Below, in pieces: positions 8,792 to 18,135 of a stretch of 64,000 bases of DNA. Position 1 is the stretch's first letter; every line of letters begins with the position of its first letter. The DNA is from a virus, in IMG/VR virus record IMGVR_UViG_3300021087_000857, positions 32,001-96,000 of that record. One strand, written 5' to 3'. The position numbers and the translations under genes were made by a program. The notes under the pieces are model-generated. The model had not been told where the DNA came from. It searched no databases and saw nothing but the letters and a program-made list of their open reading frames with translations.

Positions 8792-9072
8792 AAAATATGT
8801 TAGATAAGATAAAAGGTTTAGTTACACCAAAGCCAAAGCAAGAAGTAGTTTCTGATAAAGATAAAGCCACTGCAAAAGGTGAAGCTTACATTAAAGTACT
8901 TGATGTTAAGTTTGACAAAAACAATCCAGGTGATGGATATTTTGAGTTAGAGTGGAATAAAATATTCGTAAAGAAATTACTTGATGCAGGCTACAGTGGT
9001 AGTTCCGATGATGAAATTGTTGATGCTTGGTTTACAGGTCTTTGTAGACAAATTGCTGAAGACGAATCGTAA
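8788..9072 (+). CDS. Hypothetical phage protein
   Basis: ATGA overlap with the metK stop; GYFELEWN...IVDAWF. Confidence 0.75.
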   Translation: MKNMLDKIKGLVTPKPKQEVVSDKDKATAKGEAYIKVLDVKFDKNNPGDGYFELEWNKIFVKKLLDAGYSGSSDDEIVDAWFTGLCRQIAEDES

Positions 9073-9099
9073 TTTAATTTTAAACAATATAGGACTTCT

Positions 9100-10098
9100 A
9101 TGATGAGTTATATTTTAGTTGATGCCGCTAATATGTTCTTTCGTGCAAGGCACGTAGTTCAACGTGGTGCAGATATGGACACAAAGATTGGTATGAGTTA
9201 TCATATCATGTTTAATAGTATTAATAAAGTATGGCGTGAGCAACAAGGCTCGCATGTTGTACTATGTTTAGAAGGACGTAGTTGGCGTAAAGATGCATAT
9301 GAACCTTACAAGAATAATCGTAAGGTAGCTCGTGCAGCACTAACAGAAGCAGAGCAAGAAGAAGATCGTGCATTTTGGGATGCATTTGATGAGCTTAAAG
9401 CATTCTTTGAGAAACGTACTAATGTAACAGTATTGCAACATGGTGAGTGTGAAGCTGATGACTTTATTGCACGTTGGATACAAAATCATCCTAATGATAA
9501 ACATTGTATTGTAAGTAGTGATAGTGATTTCTATCAGCTTATTAATAAGAACGTTAATCAATACAACGGCATTACAGGTCAACTTATTACAACAGAAGGT
9601 ATCTTTAATGACAAAGGTAAGCCTGTTATGGATAAAAAAACTAAAGCACCTAAAGAGTTAGGTGACCCAGCATGGTTACTGTTTGAGAAGTGTATACGAG
9701 GCGACACCAGTGATAATGTGTTTAGTGCATTTCCAGGTGCTCGTAAAAAAGGTACTAAAAACAAAGTAGGAATGATGGAAGCATTTGCTGATAAAGATAC
9801 TAAAGGATTTAATTGGAATAACTTTATGCTACAACGTTGGGTAGATCATAACAATGAAGAGCATAGAGTATTAGAAGATTACGAACGTAACAGACAACTA
9901 ATTGACTTAACAATGCAACCTGATCATATTAAAGCAAAACTAGATGAGGCTATTGTTGAGCAAGTACAAAAAGAAAAGAAAGCACAAGTAGGAGTACATT
10001 TTATGAGATTTTGTGGAAAATGGGATATGCAAAGAGTAGTAGACAGAGCTACAGATCACTCTGCCTATTTAAATGCGAGTTATTCCAATGCCCAGTAA
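9100..10098 (+). CDS. rnh: T4 RNase H-like 5'-3' exonuclease / flap endonuclease
   Basis: ILVDAANMFFR, SWRK..Y..YK.NR, EADDFIA, VSSDSDFYQL and GDTSDNV. Confidence 0.9.
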   Translation: MMSYILVDAANMFFRARHVVQRGADMDTKIGMSYHIMFNSINKVWREQQGSHVVLCLEGRSWRKDAYEPYKNNRKVARAALTEAEQEEDRAFWDAFDELKAFFEKRTNVTVLQHGECEADDFIARWIQNHPNDKHCIVSSDSDFYQLINKNVNQYNGITGQLITTEGIFNDKGKPVMDKKTKAPKELGDPAWLLFEKCIRGDTSDNVFSAFPGARKKGTKNKVGMMEAFADKDTKGFNWNNFMLQRWVDHNNEEHRVLEDYERNRQLIDLTMQPDHIKAKLDEAIVEQVQKEKKAQVGVHFMRFCGKWDMQRVVDRATDHSAYLNASYSNAQ

Positions 10099-10807
10099 TG
10101 TATATTTGTTTGATGTAGATGGTACACTTACTGTAAGTCGTACATTAATGGATCCAGAATTCAAAGAGTTTTTCCTAAAATTTATAGCCGATAACGAAGT
10201 TTATTTGGTAACAGGAAGTGACTATGCTAAAACACTAGAACAACTAGGTGAAGATATTATGCATGGTGTAAAACGTTCATACCAATGTAGTGGAAACAGT
10301 CTTTATGAAAAAGGTGTTGAAATATCTCACAACGAATGGACACTAGGAAACGAAGAACGTGATTGTTTATCGCATGAGCTATTTGAGTCCAAGTTTCCCA
10401 TTAGAACAGGAATTAATCACATTGAAGAACGTCCTGGTATGGTTAACTTTAGTATACTTGGTAGAGGTGCTAATAAAGAACAACGTGAAGCATATGTTAA
10501 GTGGGATAAAGAACACAACGAACGTGAACGTATTGCTGGTATATTTAATAGCAGATATGGAAACAAAGGTATTAAGGCTCAAGTAGCAGGAGAAACAGGA
10601 TTAGACATTGTACAAGATGGATGCGATAAAGGTCAAGTACTAAATGACTTTGATGATTGCAATGTTATTTTCTTTGGAGATATGATGCAACCAGGTGGTA
10701 ATGATGAACCACTTGCTACTGCTATTGCTTCGAGAGGCAATGACAACGATGGATCTATATGGGTCAAGGATTGGAAGCATACGTGGGATATATTAAAGGA
10801 TTTATAA
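10088..10807 (+). CDS. Eukaryotic-type phosphomannomutase-like HAD IIB enzyme
   Basis: LFDVDGTLT, VTGSD, HIEERPGMVNFSILGR and FFGDMMQPGGND. Confidence 0.85.
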   Translation: MPSNVYLFDVDGTLTVSRTLMDPEFKEFFLKFIADNEVYLVTGSDYAKTLEQLGEDIMHGVKRSYQCSGNSLYEKGVEISHNEWTLGNEERDCLSHELFESKFPIRTGINHIEERPGMVNFSILGRGANKEQREAYVKWDKEHNERERIAGIFNSRYGNKGIKAQVAGETGLDIVQDGCDKGQVLNDFDDCNVIFFGDMMQPGGNDEPLATAIASRGNDNDGSIWVKDWKHTWDILKDL

Positions 10808-10808
10808 T

Positions 10809-10970
10809 CTGAGTATTGAACAAGGGTTGGGATTACTTTTAATTGGATTAGTAATAACAATAGTAGGTTTTTATATTGCATTTAATGTAGGAACTAAACA
10901 ATTACAAAAACGTAACAAACCAAAAGAAACAAATCCAATAGAAGAACTTAGGAGAAGACTAAATGGATGA
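10809..10970 (+). CDS. Small membrane protein (not in ORF track; CTG start or sequence error)
   Basis: Reads (L)SIEQGLGLLLIGLVITIVGFYIAFNVG...; SD AAGGA 8 nt upstream; fills the gap exactly. Confidence 0.5.
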   Translation: MSIEQGLGLLLIGLVITIVGFYIAFNVGTKQLQKRNKPKETNPIEELRRRLNG

Positions 10971-11172
10971 ACTAGAAAAAGCATATAGAGATTTTGAAGA
11001 ACTTTCTCTAAAGCACGAACCTTTAGCATCAGCTGGGGTTATGATGGCACAAGCACTTAAAATTTATAAGGCTTTGTTATCCGAAGAAGAATTTAATTTA
11101 ATGACTCAACATGTACTTAACAGTGCTGATGATATTGAATCATTGCAATTAAATAAACCAATGTTGCATTAA
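10963..11172 (+). CDS. Hypothetical protein
   Basis: SD AGGAG upstream. Confidence 0.7.
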   Translation: MDELEKAYRDFEELSLKHEPLASAGVMMAQALKIYKALLSEEEFNLMTQHVLNSADDIESLQLNKPMLH

Positions 11173-11173
11173 T

Positions 11174-11302
11174 ATGAAAGGTACATTACAATTCTTTTCT
11201 ATTATGATCTTTGCATTGTTATTAGGAATTGTAGTAGGTAATGCAGGTGGGCATGCAATTATGTATTTAGATGAATTTGAAGTAGACAGGACAATAAAAT
11301 GA
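11174..11302 (+). CDS. Small membrane protein (42 aa, not in ORF track)
   Basis: MKGTLQFFSIMIFALLLGIVVG...; ATGA overlap with next gene. Confidence 0.55.
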   Translation: MKGTLQFFSIMIFALLLGIVVGNAGGHAIMYLDEFEVDRTIK

Positions 11303-11625
11303 TTATCGAAAGAGAAAAATTAGAAGGGCAACTTAGAACAAGTATTATGGAAGTAACTTTTAATAAAATTAACGGTGACAACCGTGTTATGACATGTACA
11401 TTAAATGTATCACATCTTCCACCAGCAACTAAAAAAGATCCAATGACACAAGAAAAGATTCGTAAGATTAACGAAGAAGTTATGAGTGTTTGGGATACAA
11501 ATGCTAAAGGATTTAGAAGTTTTAGAATGGCAAATATCACTGAAGTTAAACGACTAGGAAGTGCGTGTTGGTGTGAAAAAAGTGGAAGTTATCCTACATG
11601 CGATAACACACATAAATCTCTATGA
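11299..11625 (+). CDS. WYL_2/SH3-like phage protein with C-terminal CDGSH-type [2Fe-2S] motif
   Basis: VTFNKINGDNRVMTCTL...VWDTNAKGFRSFR, followed by CWCEKSGSYPTCDNTH. Confidence 0.75.
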   Translation: MIIEREKLEGQLRTSIMEVTFNKINGDNRVMTCTLNVSHLPPATKKDPMTQEKIRKINEEVMSVWDTNAKGFRSFRMANITEVKRLGSACWCEKSGSYPTCDNTHKSL

Positions 11626-12068
11626 CACAGAAAATTAAAGAAATTATAAAAGACAAGTATTGGATCGTAGAAGGCCAATATGGTAAGATAGGTACTCTGC
11701 GTAAAGTAGAAGAAGGCTATGAGTTCTTTGATCAAAATAATAATAAAAAAGAACTACTAGATAGTATTGAGAGCTTCAAATCCGTTAATACAGCGGAGAT
11801 TAGCGGACCAACACAAGAGTATAAAGGGTTACCAACGAACACGAGTATTTTATACCCTGTTGAGCACGACACAATGCCACTGTTTAAAAAAGCAGAAAAA
11901 GGCAAGACTGTGTTTGTAGCAGGATATTATCTACTCAAGTATGATGGTATGGGATGGCAACATGCGTTCTGTCCTAAGTTAGAAACTGTAGAAAAGTATG
12001 AAACAAGAGGACCATTCTTTACTGAATGGGATATGAATTTAAACTTAAAGAAAGCGAGGCAAGAATGA
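11622..12068 (+). CDS. Hypothetical phage protein
   Basis: AGYY...WQHAFCPKLETV...GPF; coupled to neighbours. Confidence 0.7.
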   Translation: MTQKIKEIIKDKYWIVEGQYGKIGTLRKVEEGYEFFDQNNNKKELLDSIESFKSVNTAEISGPTQEYKGLPTNTSILYPVEHDTMPLFKKAEKGKTVFVAGYYLLKYDGMGWQHAFCPKLETVEKYETRGPFFTEWDMNLNLKKARQE

Positions 12069-12442
12069 AACTATTATGTACATTAGGAGCATTGGTTCTC
12101 CTATCAACATCGGTAATGGCACAACAGGAACTTAATCCAACACTGCCAACACCATCAACTCCAGAAGTTGAACAAGCACCAGAAGTGTCACCATGGAGAC
12201 AAATTAATAGAGTTATTACATGTAATTCGTTGGGAATTGTTAGAAATATACTAGAAACAAATGGACAAACAATATATGCAACTGGTTATAAGACACCAGA
12301 GTATTTGCCAATGGATCCATTTGATGGGGTTATAATTACTAGAAACGAAATAACGTTAGAATACACCATATTGCTTATTAAATCAGATTTGAATATAGCA
12401 TGTGTATTAGCTGGCGGCAATAGATTTGAATTGGTAGAGTAA
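12065..12442 (+). CDS. Secreted hypothetical protein
   Basis: Signal peptide MKLLCTLGALVLLSTSVMA; two Cys. Confidence 0.7.
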   Translation: MKLLCTLGALVLLSTSVMAQQELNPTLPTPSTPEVEQAPEVSPWRQINRVITCNSLGIVRNILETNGQTIYATGYKTPEYLPMDPFDGVIITRNEITLEYTILLIKSDLNIACVLAGGNRFELVE

Positions 12443-13281
12443 TGCAATCTGTTCCTAAAAAGCCTTTTATGATTGTACTAGGAACTAGTCATACTAATGG
12501 TGACTGTGAAGAAGGTGACTTTCATCTATATACTTTACAAAATGGCAAGAAGGTTAACCTAGTACAAAAGACTGCATATCAAAGAGTTGCAGAAGAACTA
12601 GGATTAGAAATAGTTCAACTTGGATTATCTGGGTGTAATAATCTAGATCTATTAGAAGCAACAAATGAACTATTGAGTAGAGGGTTTCTTAATGATAACT
12701 GTAAACTTTTTATACTAGAACCTCGTTGTGTTGATAATACAGTAAAATTACCACAAGAATTTTTTGAAGATTTGCCAAATAAAGAGTGGGTGCTCGAACA
12801 CGAACCAACTAGTATACTAGAAGGATGGGGAGTTAGAAGGGGACATGACAATAAAAACAAACCTCCTGCTATACAACAAATATCAAAGGAAGTTAATGTT
12901 ATAAGTCCTATGGATTATACAGAACTGTATCCAAAAGCCAACACAATGCTAATACAAAAAGCAAGTGAAGTTCATATATTTTCTGCCGGAACGGCAATGC
13001 AACTATACGAACATCTTGTTCAAATTAATGCTATAAAAAATATTGTAATGTCTAATAATATTAACTTTAAATGGCAAACATGGAACATACATGATAATGA
13101 GAAACTCATATGTGACCATATAATAGGACCACACTCAGATTTATTTGATCACTTTATAGGTGAAATAGCACCAAAAGGAACAGATGAAGAATTGTTTTGT
13201 AGTTGCGAACATTACAACGAAAATGGGCATATATATTGGTATAATAATATTATTGAGAGTATAAAATTAAGTATGAAATAA
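12442..13281 (+). CDS. SGNH/GDSL hydrolase-like protein
   Basis: VLGTSHTNG (block I), LGLSGCNN (block II) and EHYNENGH (block V-like). Confidence 0.55.
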   Translation: MQSVPKKPFMIVLGTSHTNGDCEEGDFHLYTLQNGKKVNLVQKTAYQRVAEELGLEIVQLGLSGCNNLDLLEATNELLSRGFLNDNCKLFILEPRCVDNTVKLPQEFFEDLPNKEWVLEHEPTSILEGWGVRRGHDNKNKPPAIQQISKEVNVISPMDYTELYPKANTMLIQKASEVHIFSAGTAMQLYEHLVQINAIKNIVMSNNINFKWQTWNIHDNEKLICDHIIGPHSDLFDHFIGEIAPKGTDEELFCSCEHYNENGHIYWYNNIIESIKLSMK

Positions 13282-13282
13282 A

Positions 13283-13346
13283 CCATTAACTATAGTTTTT
13301 TTAGGTTATTTGTATAAATACATGTAACAGGAGAAACATTTAATGG
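13283..13346 (+). promoter_or_regulatory. T4-like late promoter TATAAATA inside an RBS-sequestering hairpin
   Basis: TATAAATA at 13313-13320 sits at the apex. Pairings: CCATTAA/TTAATGG, GTTTTTTT/GGAGAAAC, GTTA/TAAC, TGTA/TACA. Confidence 0.6.
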
Positions 13347-13645
13347 CAAGACCAAAACCTACGATTATACTTGACCAAGTGGATAAAAGTTATAATAGTG
13401 AACAAATATTAAAAGCAGAGGCAATTTTTGCAGTGTATTATGAGAGTAAACCAATTAACTTAAGAACGTTGAATACGTTGGTAAACTATCCAGGACCAAA
13501 GTATAAGAAGGTAAGTTTCTCAAATAGTGGGCATGCATTTAATTTAGCAGATAGGCTTAATAAGAAGTTTAATACTGATTTATTTAGTGTAGTAAAGTTA
13601 ACAGATGGTGAGACAGTCACAAGAAATTCAATCGATTCAGACTAA
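13343..13645 (+). CDS. Hypothetical phage protein
   Basis: SD AGGAG; MARPKP...YPGPKYKKVSFSN. Confidence 0.8.
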   Translation: MARPKPTIILDQVDKSYNSEQILKAEAIFAVYYESKPINLRTLNTLVNYPGPKYKKVSFSNSGHAFNLADRLNKKFNTDLFSVVKLTDGETVTRNSIDSD

Positions 13646-13925
13646 GATAATTAGTCTAATTGAACGTGATCATCTCAAAGTAAAGGAAATATTTAAAAAC
13701 AATCATACTTTACGATTGACAAAGTATGGTAAGAATCTTTTAAGTAAACAGTTTGACGCTTATGAATTTGAATCACCAAAGATGAGTGCAAACAATCTTA
13801 TTCTTCTGTTAAGGAAGATGAAATATCCATATTATGTAGACAAGAGTATTATAGTTTTGTTTACAGAAAAGGATGCATTTTTAACAAAGCTCGCAGGAGC
13901 CCAAGGATGGCTAGATGGCAAATAG
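13605..13925 (+). CDS. Hypothetical protein (start uncertain)
   Basis: LRLTKYG...YPYY; fills the operon. Confidence 0.6.
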   Translation: MVRQSQEIQSIQTKIISLIERDHLKVKEIFKNNHTLRLTKYGKNLLSKQFDAYEFESPKMSANNLILLLRKMKYPYYVDKSIIVLFTEKDAFLTKLAGAQGWLDGK

Positions 13926-14124
13926 AGAAGATAAAGTAGAAGTACCAGAAACAATAGTAGTACATTGTACAGACAACGATCAAGATGTAGAAGTAACATA
14001 TGTATCACAACACAATGGCATAATAAGAACAGACTTACAAGGAATGCCGTTATATTTTAAACACCACAGAGCAAATATTTATGTAGGCAATATGCTAGGT
14101 AGAGAATTTGTAATGAAACTATGA
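13915..14124 (+). CDS. Hypothetical phage protein
   Basis: VHCTDN...YVGNMLGREFV. Confidence 0.65.
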   Translation: MANREDKVEVPETIVVHCTDNDQDVEVTYVSQHNGIIRTDLQGMPLYFKHHRANIYVGNMLGREFVMKL

Positions 14125-14429
14125 ACGAACTAGACTTACATGGATACAAAGTACATGATGCTTGGAAAGAGTTTTCTAAGCACATACAACAATGTTATCT
14201 AGATGAACTAAAAACCACAACAATTATTACCGGACACGGTAAGATTGCAGAAGAAATAATAGCATGGGTTCATGCTAATCAATATTGTAAAACAATACAA
14301 CGAAGTAGAAATACTGGAGCGTTTATTGTTCACATCAAAAAGAACAAAAGCAAAAAGAAAGAAGATACTAAAGCAGAAAAGCCTAAAGTGGATTTATCTC
14401 CGTTGCTAAAAAAGTTCAATAGTCGTTGA
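14121..14429 (+). CDS. Smr domain protein
   Basis: ELDLHGYKVHDA, IITGHG and NTGAFIV. Confidence 0.85.
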   Translation: MNELDLHGYKVHDAWKEFSKHIQQCYLDELKTTTIITGHGKIAEEIIAWVHANQYCKTIQRSRNTGAFIVHIKKNKSKKKEDTKAEKPKVDLSPLLKKFNSR

Positions 14430-14465
14430 CAAAACACATTATTATCATATAATATTATATAAATA
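14426..14465 (+). promoter_or_regulatory. Tandem sigma70 promoter and late TATAAATA motif
   Basis: TTGACA (14426), 16 nt spacer, TATAAT (14448); TATAAATA at 14458-14465. Confidence 0.55.
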
Positions 14466-14489
14466 TTAATTATAGACGGAGTAGTATTT

Positions 14490-14654
14490 GTGATAAATGT
14501 TGACGCAATTAAAGAAAAGATTTACGGCAAAACTAAGATAGAGTTAGAAAGAGATAAACGATATGAATCTAGGTGGGTTTGGTATCATACATTTCTTGCC
14601 GCAGAAATACTTGTTACTAATATTTTGTTAGTAATTATTATATTTAAACTATAA
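14490..14654 (+). CDS. Small membrane protein (54 aa, not in ORF track)
   Basis: GTG start after GGAG; ...YESRWVWYHTFLAAEILVTNILLVIIIFKL. Confidence 0.55.
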   Translation: MINVDAIKEKIYGKTKIELERDKRYESRWVWYHTFLAAEILVTNILLVIIIFKL

Positions 14655-14672
14655 AAAGAGGAACCATATAGA

Positions 14673-15326
14673 ATGCAAGTGAAACTAATATCACATAGTA
14701 CAGCGCCTGCTGACACAGGGCTAGATAACTTACAAGAACTAATTGCCTTTTGTGCCAAAGTAAGTAACCCTAACAATCAAATCAACAAAGAAACCAGTGA
14801 GAAACTAATTAGATATTTAATTAAGCATCAACACTGGAGCCCACTTGAGATGGTAAGTGCATGTTTAGAAATTGAAACAACTCGCGACATTGCACATCAA
14901 ATAGTAAGACATAGAAGTTTTGCTTTTCAAGAGTTTAGTCAACGTTATGCTAACCCAGAAGAAATGGGCGAGCAGTTTGTAACACGCGAATGTCGTTTAC
15001 AAGATACAAAGAACAGGCAAAACAGTATTGATACTGATAATGATTATCTAAAAGAGCGTTGGGAAGATGAACAACTAAAAGTTATTATGCAGGCCGAAAA
15101 AGCATACAATTGGGCTATTAGTAATGGTATTGCTAAAGAACAAGCCCGTGTAGTATTGCCAGAAGGTAACACTAAAACAAGATTATATATGAATGGCACA
15201 ATTCGTAGTTGGGTACATTACATTGAATTACGTGGTGCAAATGGCACACAAAAAGAACATATGGAAATTGCACATGCTTGTGCTAAAGTAATTGCTGAAA
15301 TATTTCCATTAGCAAAAGAACTTTGA
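14673..15326 (+). CDS. thyX: Flavin-dependent thymidylate synthase
   Basis: HWSPLE, RHRSFAFQEFSQRY, AKEQARVVLP and TQKEH. Confidence 0.95.
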   Translation: MQVKLISHSTAPADTGLDNLQELIAFCAKVSNPNNQINKETSEKLIRYLIKHQHWSPLEMVSACLEIETTRDIAHQIVRHRSFAFQEFSQRYANPEEMGEQFVTRECRLQDTKNRQNSIDTDNDYLKERWEDEQLKVIMQAEKAYNWAISNGIAKEQARVVLPEGNTKTRLYMNGTIRSWVHYIELRGANGTQKEHMEIAHACAKVIAEIFPLAKEL

Positions 15327-16042
15327 TGAGAATAAACAAAAAAATAACAGATGATTTAGCAAACTTGATACAAGAGCGTTACGGTATTGATGTTAAAGAT
15401 TATCAATCTTTTTTACAATTACAATATGATATAGACGAAGCAGTTTTGGCTCGTTACTTTGGAGATACTAAAGAATCTGCAGATGCAAAAAAATACTGGA
15501 AACAACATCTAAAGTTTGAAACTCGTAAAACAGGCAGACAACTACTAGATAAGATTAATGCTTTGCAAGAACAAAGTAAAGATCCATTTGAAATACTAGA
15601 TGTTGGTTGTGGAGATAACGGATGGAAAGAGCATTTTGGTGAACAACTACTAGGAATTGATCCATTTAATAAAAATGCTGATGTTCAATTAGGTATAGAA
15701 CAATTTGCAAAAGAACGCCCATTTGTATCATGGGATATTGTATTAGTACTAGGCAGTATTAATTTTGGTGATCAAGCAACAATTGAAGCTCAACTAGTAT
15801 CTGCTGCCGGTCTAGTAAAACCGGGCGGTAAATTGTTCTTACGTGCTAATCCAGGTATCACACATATAAATGAGTATGCAAAATGGGTTGATTTCTTTGA
15901 TTGGACAGAGGAATATATAAAAGATGTTGCTAAACGACTTGGATTTACAGTAAACGAAATAGATTGGGACCACCCACAAAGCGAGTTGGATGTTCCAAAT
16001 GGCAATAGATATTACAGCGAATGGACTAAACATAGTGTTTAA
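15323..16042 (+). CDS. Class I SAM-dependent methyltransferase
   Basis: ILDVGCGDN, GIDP and LVKPGGKLF. Confidence 0.85.
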   Translation: MMRINKKITDDLANLIQERYGIDVKDYQSFLQLQYDIDEAVLARYFGDTKESADAKKYWKQHLKFETRKTGRQLLDKINALQEQSKDPFEILDVGCGDNGWKEHFGEQLLGIDPFNKNADVQLGIEQFAKERPFVSWDIVLVLGSINFGDQATIEAQLVSAAGLVKPGGKLFLRANPGITHINEYAKWVDFFDWTEEYIKDVAKRLGFTVNEIDWDHPQSELDVPNGNRYYSEWTKHSV

Positions 16043-16070
16043 CTAGTGTTTAATAGATTACAAATCGTGG

Positions 16071-16132
16071 TAAATACATATAGTTTCCTATAGAGTTAAT
16101 CTTAGGATTCTACTTTAAAAGGAAACTATATG
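16071..16132 (+). promoter_or_regulatory. Late-type TAAATA plus 13-bp hairpin sequestering the SD and AUG of the HtrA gene
   Basis: CATATAGTTTCCT (16077-16089) is the exact reverse complement of AGGAAACTATATG (16120-16132). Confidence 0.65.
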
Positions 16133-17392
16133 AAAAAGTCTAACCTCATCACGTTCTTCAAGAAACCATTAGTAAGAACAATATCAATAATCACAGTAGC
16201 ATTCGTACTCAGCGTAGTAACAAATTCATATTATAGAGAAATACAAGAAAAGATACATGATGGCATTGGCTATGTGTATGATAAAAATGAAACTGTTGGG
16301 CAAGCAATATATGATGTAAATTCATTTCTATTTAATGGAGATGGATTTGATCAAGAGCGTAGAGCAAAAGAAACAATTTACGGAAACTTTGGTAAAGTAG
16401 TTGTACTAAGTGTATTTGCTCCAGATAATCCAGAACTTAATGGAATGTCAGGACGTGGCACTGGTTTTATAATTGATGTTGACGATACTTCAGCAACAAT
16501 TGTTACAAATCATCACGTAGTAGACTCATATATTAAACAACCAAGCATATTTAAAGTAAATGTACAAACTGCTATGCAAATGTGGTCTTATGAAGCAGAA
16601 GTTATTGGTCACGACATAGTAACTGATATAGCAGTTATTAAAATTTACAAGAAAGAAAATGAAGATTGGGAAGCTATAGAATGGGGCACCAAAGACGACT
16701 ATAACACAGGAACACCTGTTGTTGTAATTGGACACGGTATGAGCATGTCTTGGACAAGTACACAAGGACATGTTGTATACAGAGATAGATTTGGTATGCG
16801 TCCATATAACTTAATGTTACAAGTTGATGCAGTTATTAACCAAGGTAACAGTGGCGGTCCTATATTTAATGACCGTGGACAAGTTATTGGTGTTGCTCAA
16901 AGTATTTACAGTCCGGGTAGATCAATTCCAGGTTGGGACGGTGTAGGAATGGCAGTAAGTGTGGAACAAGTAAAAAGAAGTGTTGACTTTATTCTAAGTC
17001 CACAATACCATGCTAAGGGTTATGTACCATATGCAGAGTTTCCATTTAGTCTTGGATCTTTCTTATTTGAAGAAATAAAGCATATACCAGACGAAGATAG
17101 ACATTATGCTTATTTTGATTATACAAAGAAGAAACCAGATGCAGAACCTAATGTAGGTGAATTAGCAGGACTCAAACAAGGCGATGTTCTAATAGAATTA
17201 AATGGTGAAAAGGTTGTTAACAGTTTTTCAGTATTACGTGAAACACTAAAAGCATTTCCAGGAGATGTTTGGTATGTTACTGTATTAAGAGGTGAAGAAG
17301 AATTAACAATAGAAGTAGCACTAAGTGAAATGGATATACAATCACTTAGAGATATCATTACTCAACGAGAAAAGAATCGTAGCGGCAAATAA
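16130..17392 (+). CDS. HtrA/DegP-like membrane-anchored serine protease with PDZ domain
   Basis: N-terminal TM; triad TNHHVV, DIAVIK, GNSGGP; AGLKQGDVL..LNG PDZ motif. Confidence 0.9.
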   Translation: MKKSNLITFFKKPLVRTISIITVAFVLSVVTNSYYREIQEKIHDGIGYVYDKNETVGQAIYDVNSFLFNGDGFDQERRAKETIYGNFGKVVVLSVFAPDNPELNGMSGRGTGFIIDVDDTSATIVTNHHVVDSYIKQPSIFKVNVQTAMQMWSYEAEVIGHDIVTDIAVIKIYKKENEDWEAIEWGTKDDYNTGTPVVVIGHGMSMSWTSTQGHVVYRDRFGMRPYNLMLQVDAVINQGNSGGPIFNDRGQVIGVAQSIYSPGRSIPGWDGVGMAVSVEQVKRSVDFILSPQYHAKGYVPYAEFPFSLGSFLFEEIKHIPDEDRHYAYFDYTKKKPDAEPNVGELAGLKQGDVLIELNGEKVVNSFSVLRETLKAFPGDVWYVTVLRGEEELTIEVALSEMDIQSLRDIITQREKNRSGK

Positions 17393-17404
17393 CCTTTAAA
17401 CAAG

Positions 17405-17433
17405 TTGACAACATAGTCAACATATCTTATAAT
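17405..17433 (+). promoter_or_regulatory. Consensus sigma70 promoter
   Basis: TTGACA, 17 nt spacer, TATAAT; intergenic. Confidence 0.8.
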
Positions 17434-17456
17434 AATATAAACAATAAGGAGTAATT

Positions 17457-17810
17457 ATGAATTGTTTAGCACTATCATTAGCAGTAACAATGCACCTTGG
17501 ACTAGCAGGTGATTATAACTCATTACATCCACATGCAAGATGCGATGTTGATAATACAGTAGCCGGAATTTATTATAATAGTGAAGAAAACATAAGTGGT
17601 TACGTTGGATATCAATTTCAAATGCCACATGATATAGAGATTGAACTAGGTTGGGTTACAGGATATAATATGGATAACAAGTATAATATATCCCCTATGT
17701 TTAGAATAGTCAAAGATAATTGGTTTATTACACCAGCATATGAGTCAGGACCTGATGAAAAATGGGGTGTAGCCATTGGTTTTGAAATACCTATTTACAA
17801 AAATAATTAA
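17457..17810 (+). CDS. Secreted/outer-membrane beta-strand-rich protein
   Basis: Signal-like N-terminus; AGIYYNSE...LGWVTGY; SD AAGGAG. Confidence 0.7.
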   Translation: MNCLALSLAVTMHLGLAGDYNSLHPHARCDVDNTVAGIYYNSEENISGYVGYQFQMPHDIEIELGWVTGYNMDNKYNISPMFRIVKDNWFITPAYESGPDEKWGVAIGFEIPIYKNN

Positions 17811-17818
17811 ATTAAGTT

Positions 17819-17848
17819 AAAAACCCTTGTAAAATAAGGGTTTTTTTA
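17819..17848 (+). terminator. Rho-independent terminator
   Basis: AAACCCTT-loop-AAGGGTTT followed by a T-run. Confidence 0.8.
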
Positions 17849-17870
17849 TGGCTTTTTTACCTATAAAAGG

Positions 17871-17899
17871 TTGACAGGTAAGACGTCTTACTGTATACT
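17871..17899 (+). promoter_or_regulatory. Early sigma70 promoter with palindromic spacer
   Basis: TTGACA, 17 nt spacer containing AAGACGTCTT, TATACT. Confidence 0.8.
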
Positions 17900-17931
17900 G
17901 TAAGTATAGTTAATAAAAAAGGAGACGCAAA

Positions 17932-18135
17932 ATGAATACATTTTTAAACATATTAGGCGGAATTTTGTTATTTGGTGGGCTTATGGCTATAGCTGGTTCA
18001 GGTAACGATTGTGACGGTAAGTGTATGGAAACTGCAAATACCTTGGGTGAAATGCTAGTAGTAGCATTTTTTGGATTAATAGCAATGGGAGTAGGTGGTT
18101 ACTTATTTGCCATAGCAAACGGAAAGGGTAATTAA
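17932..18135 (+). CDS. Small two-TM membrane protein
   Basis: Two hydrophobic helices with a CDGKC loop; SD AAGGAG. Confidence 0.75.
   Translation: MNTFLNILGGILLFGGLMAIAGSGNDCDGKCMETANTLGEMLVVAFFGLIAMGVGGYLFAIANGKGN

Noticed and set aside
16033-16053. TAGTGTTTAA direct repeat
   Set aside because: Only two short AT-rich copies, with no supporting context.
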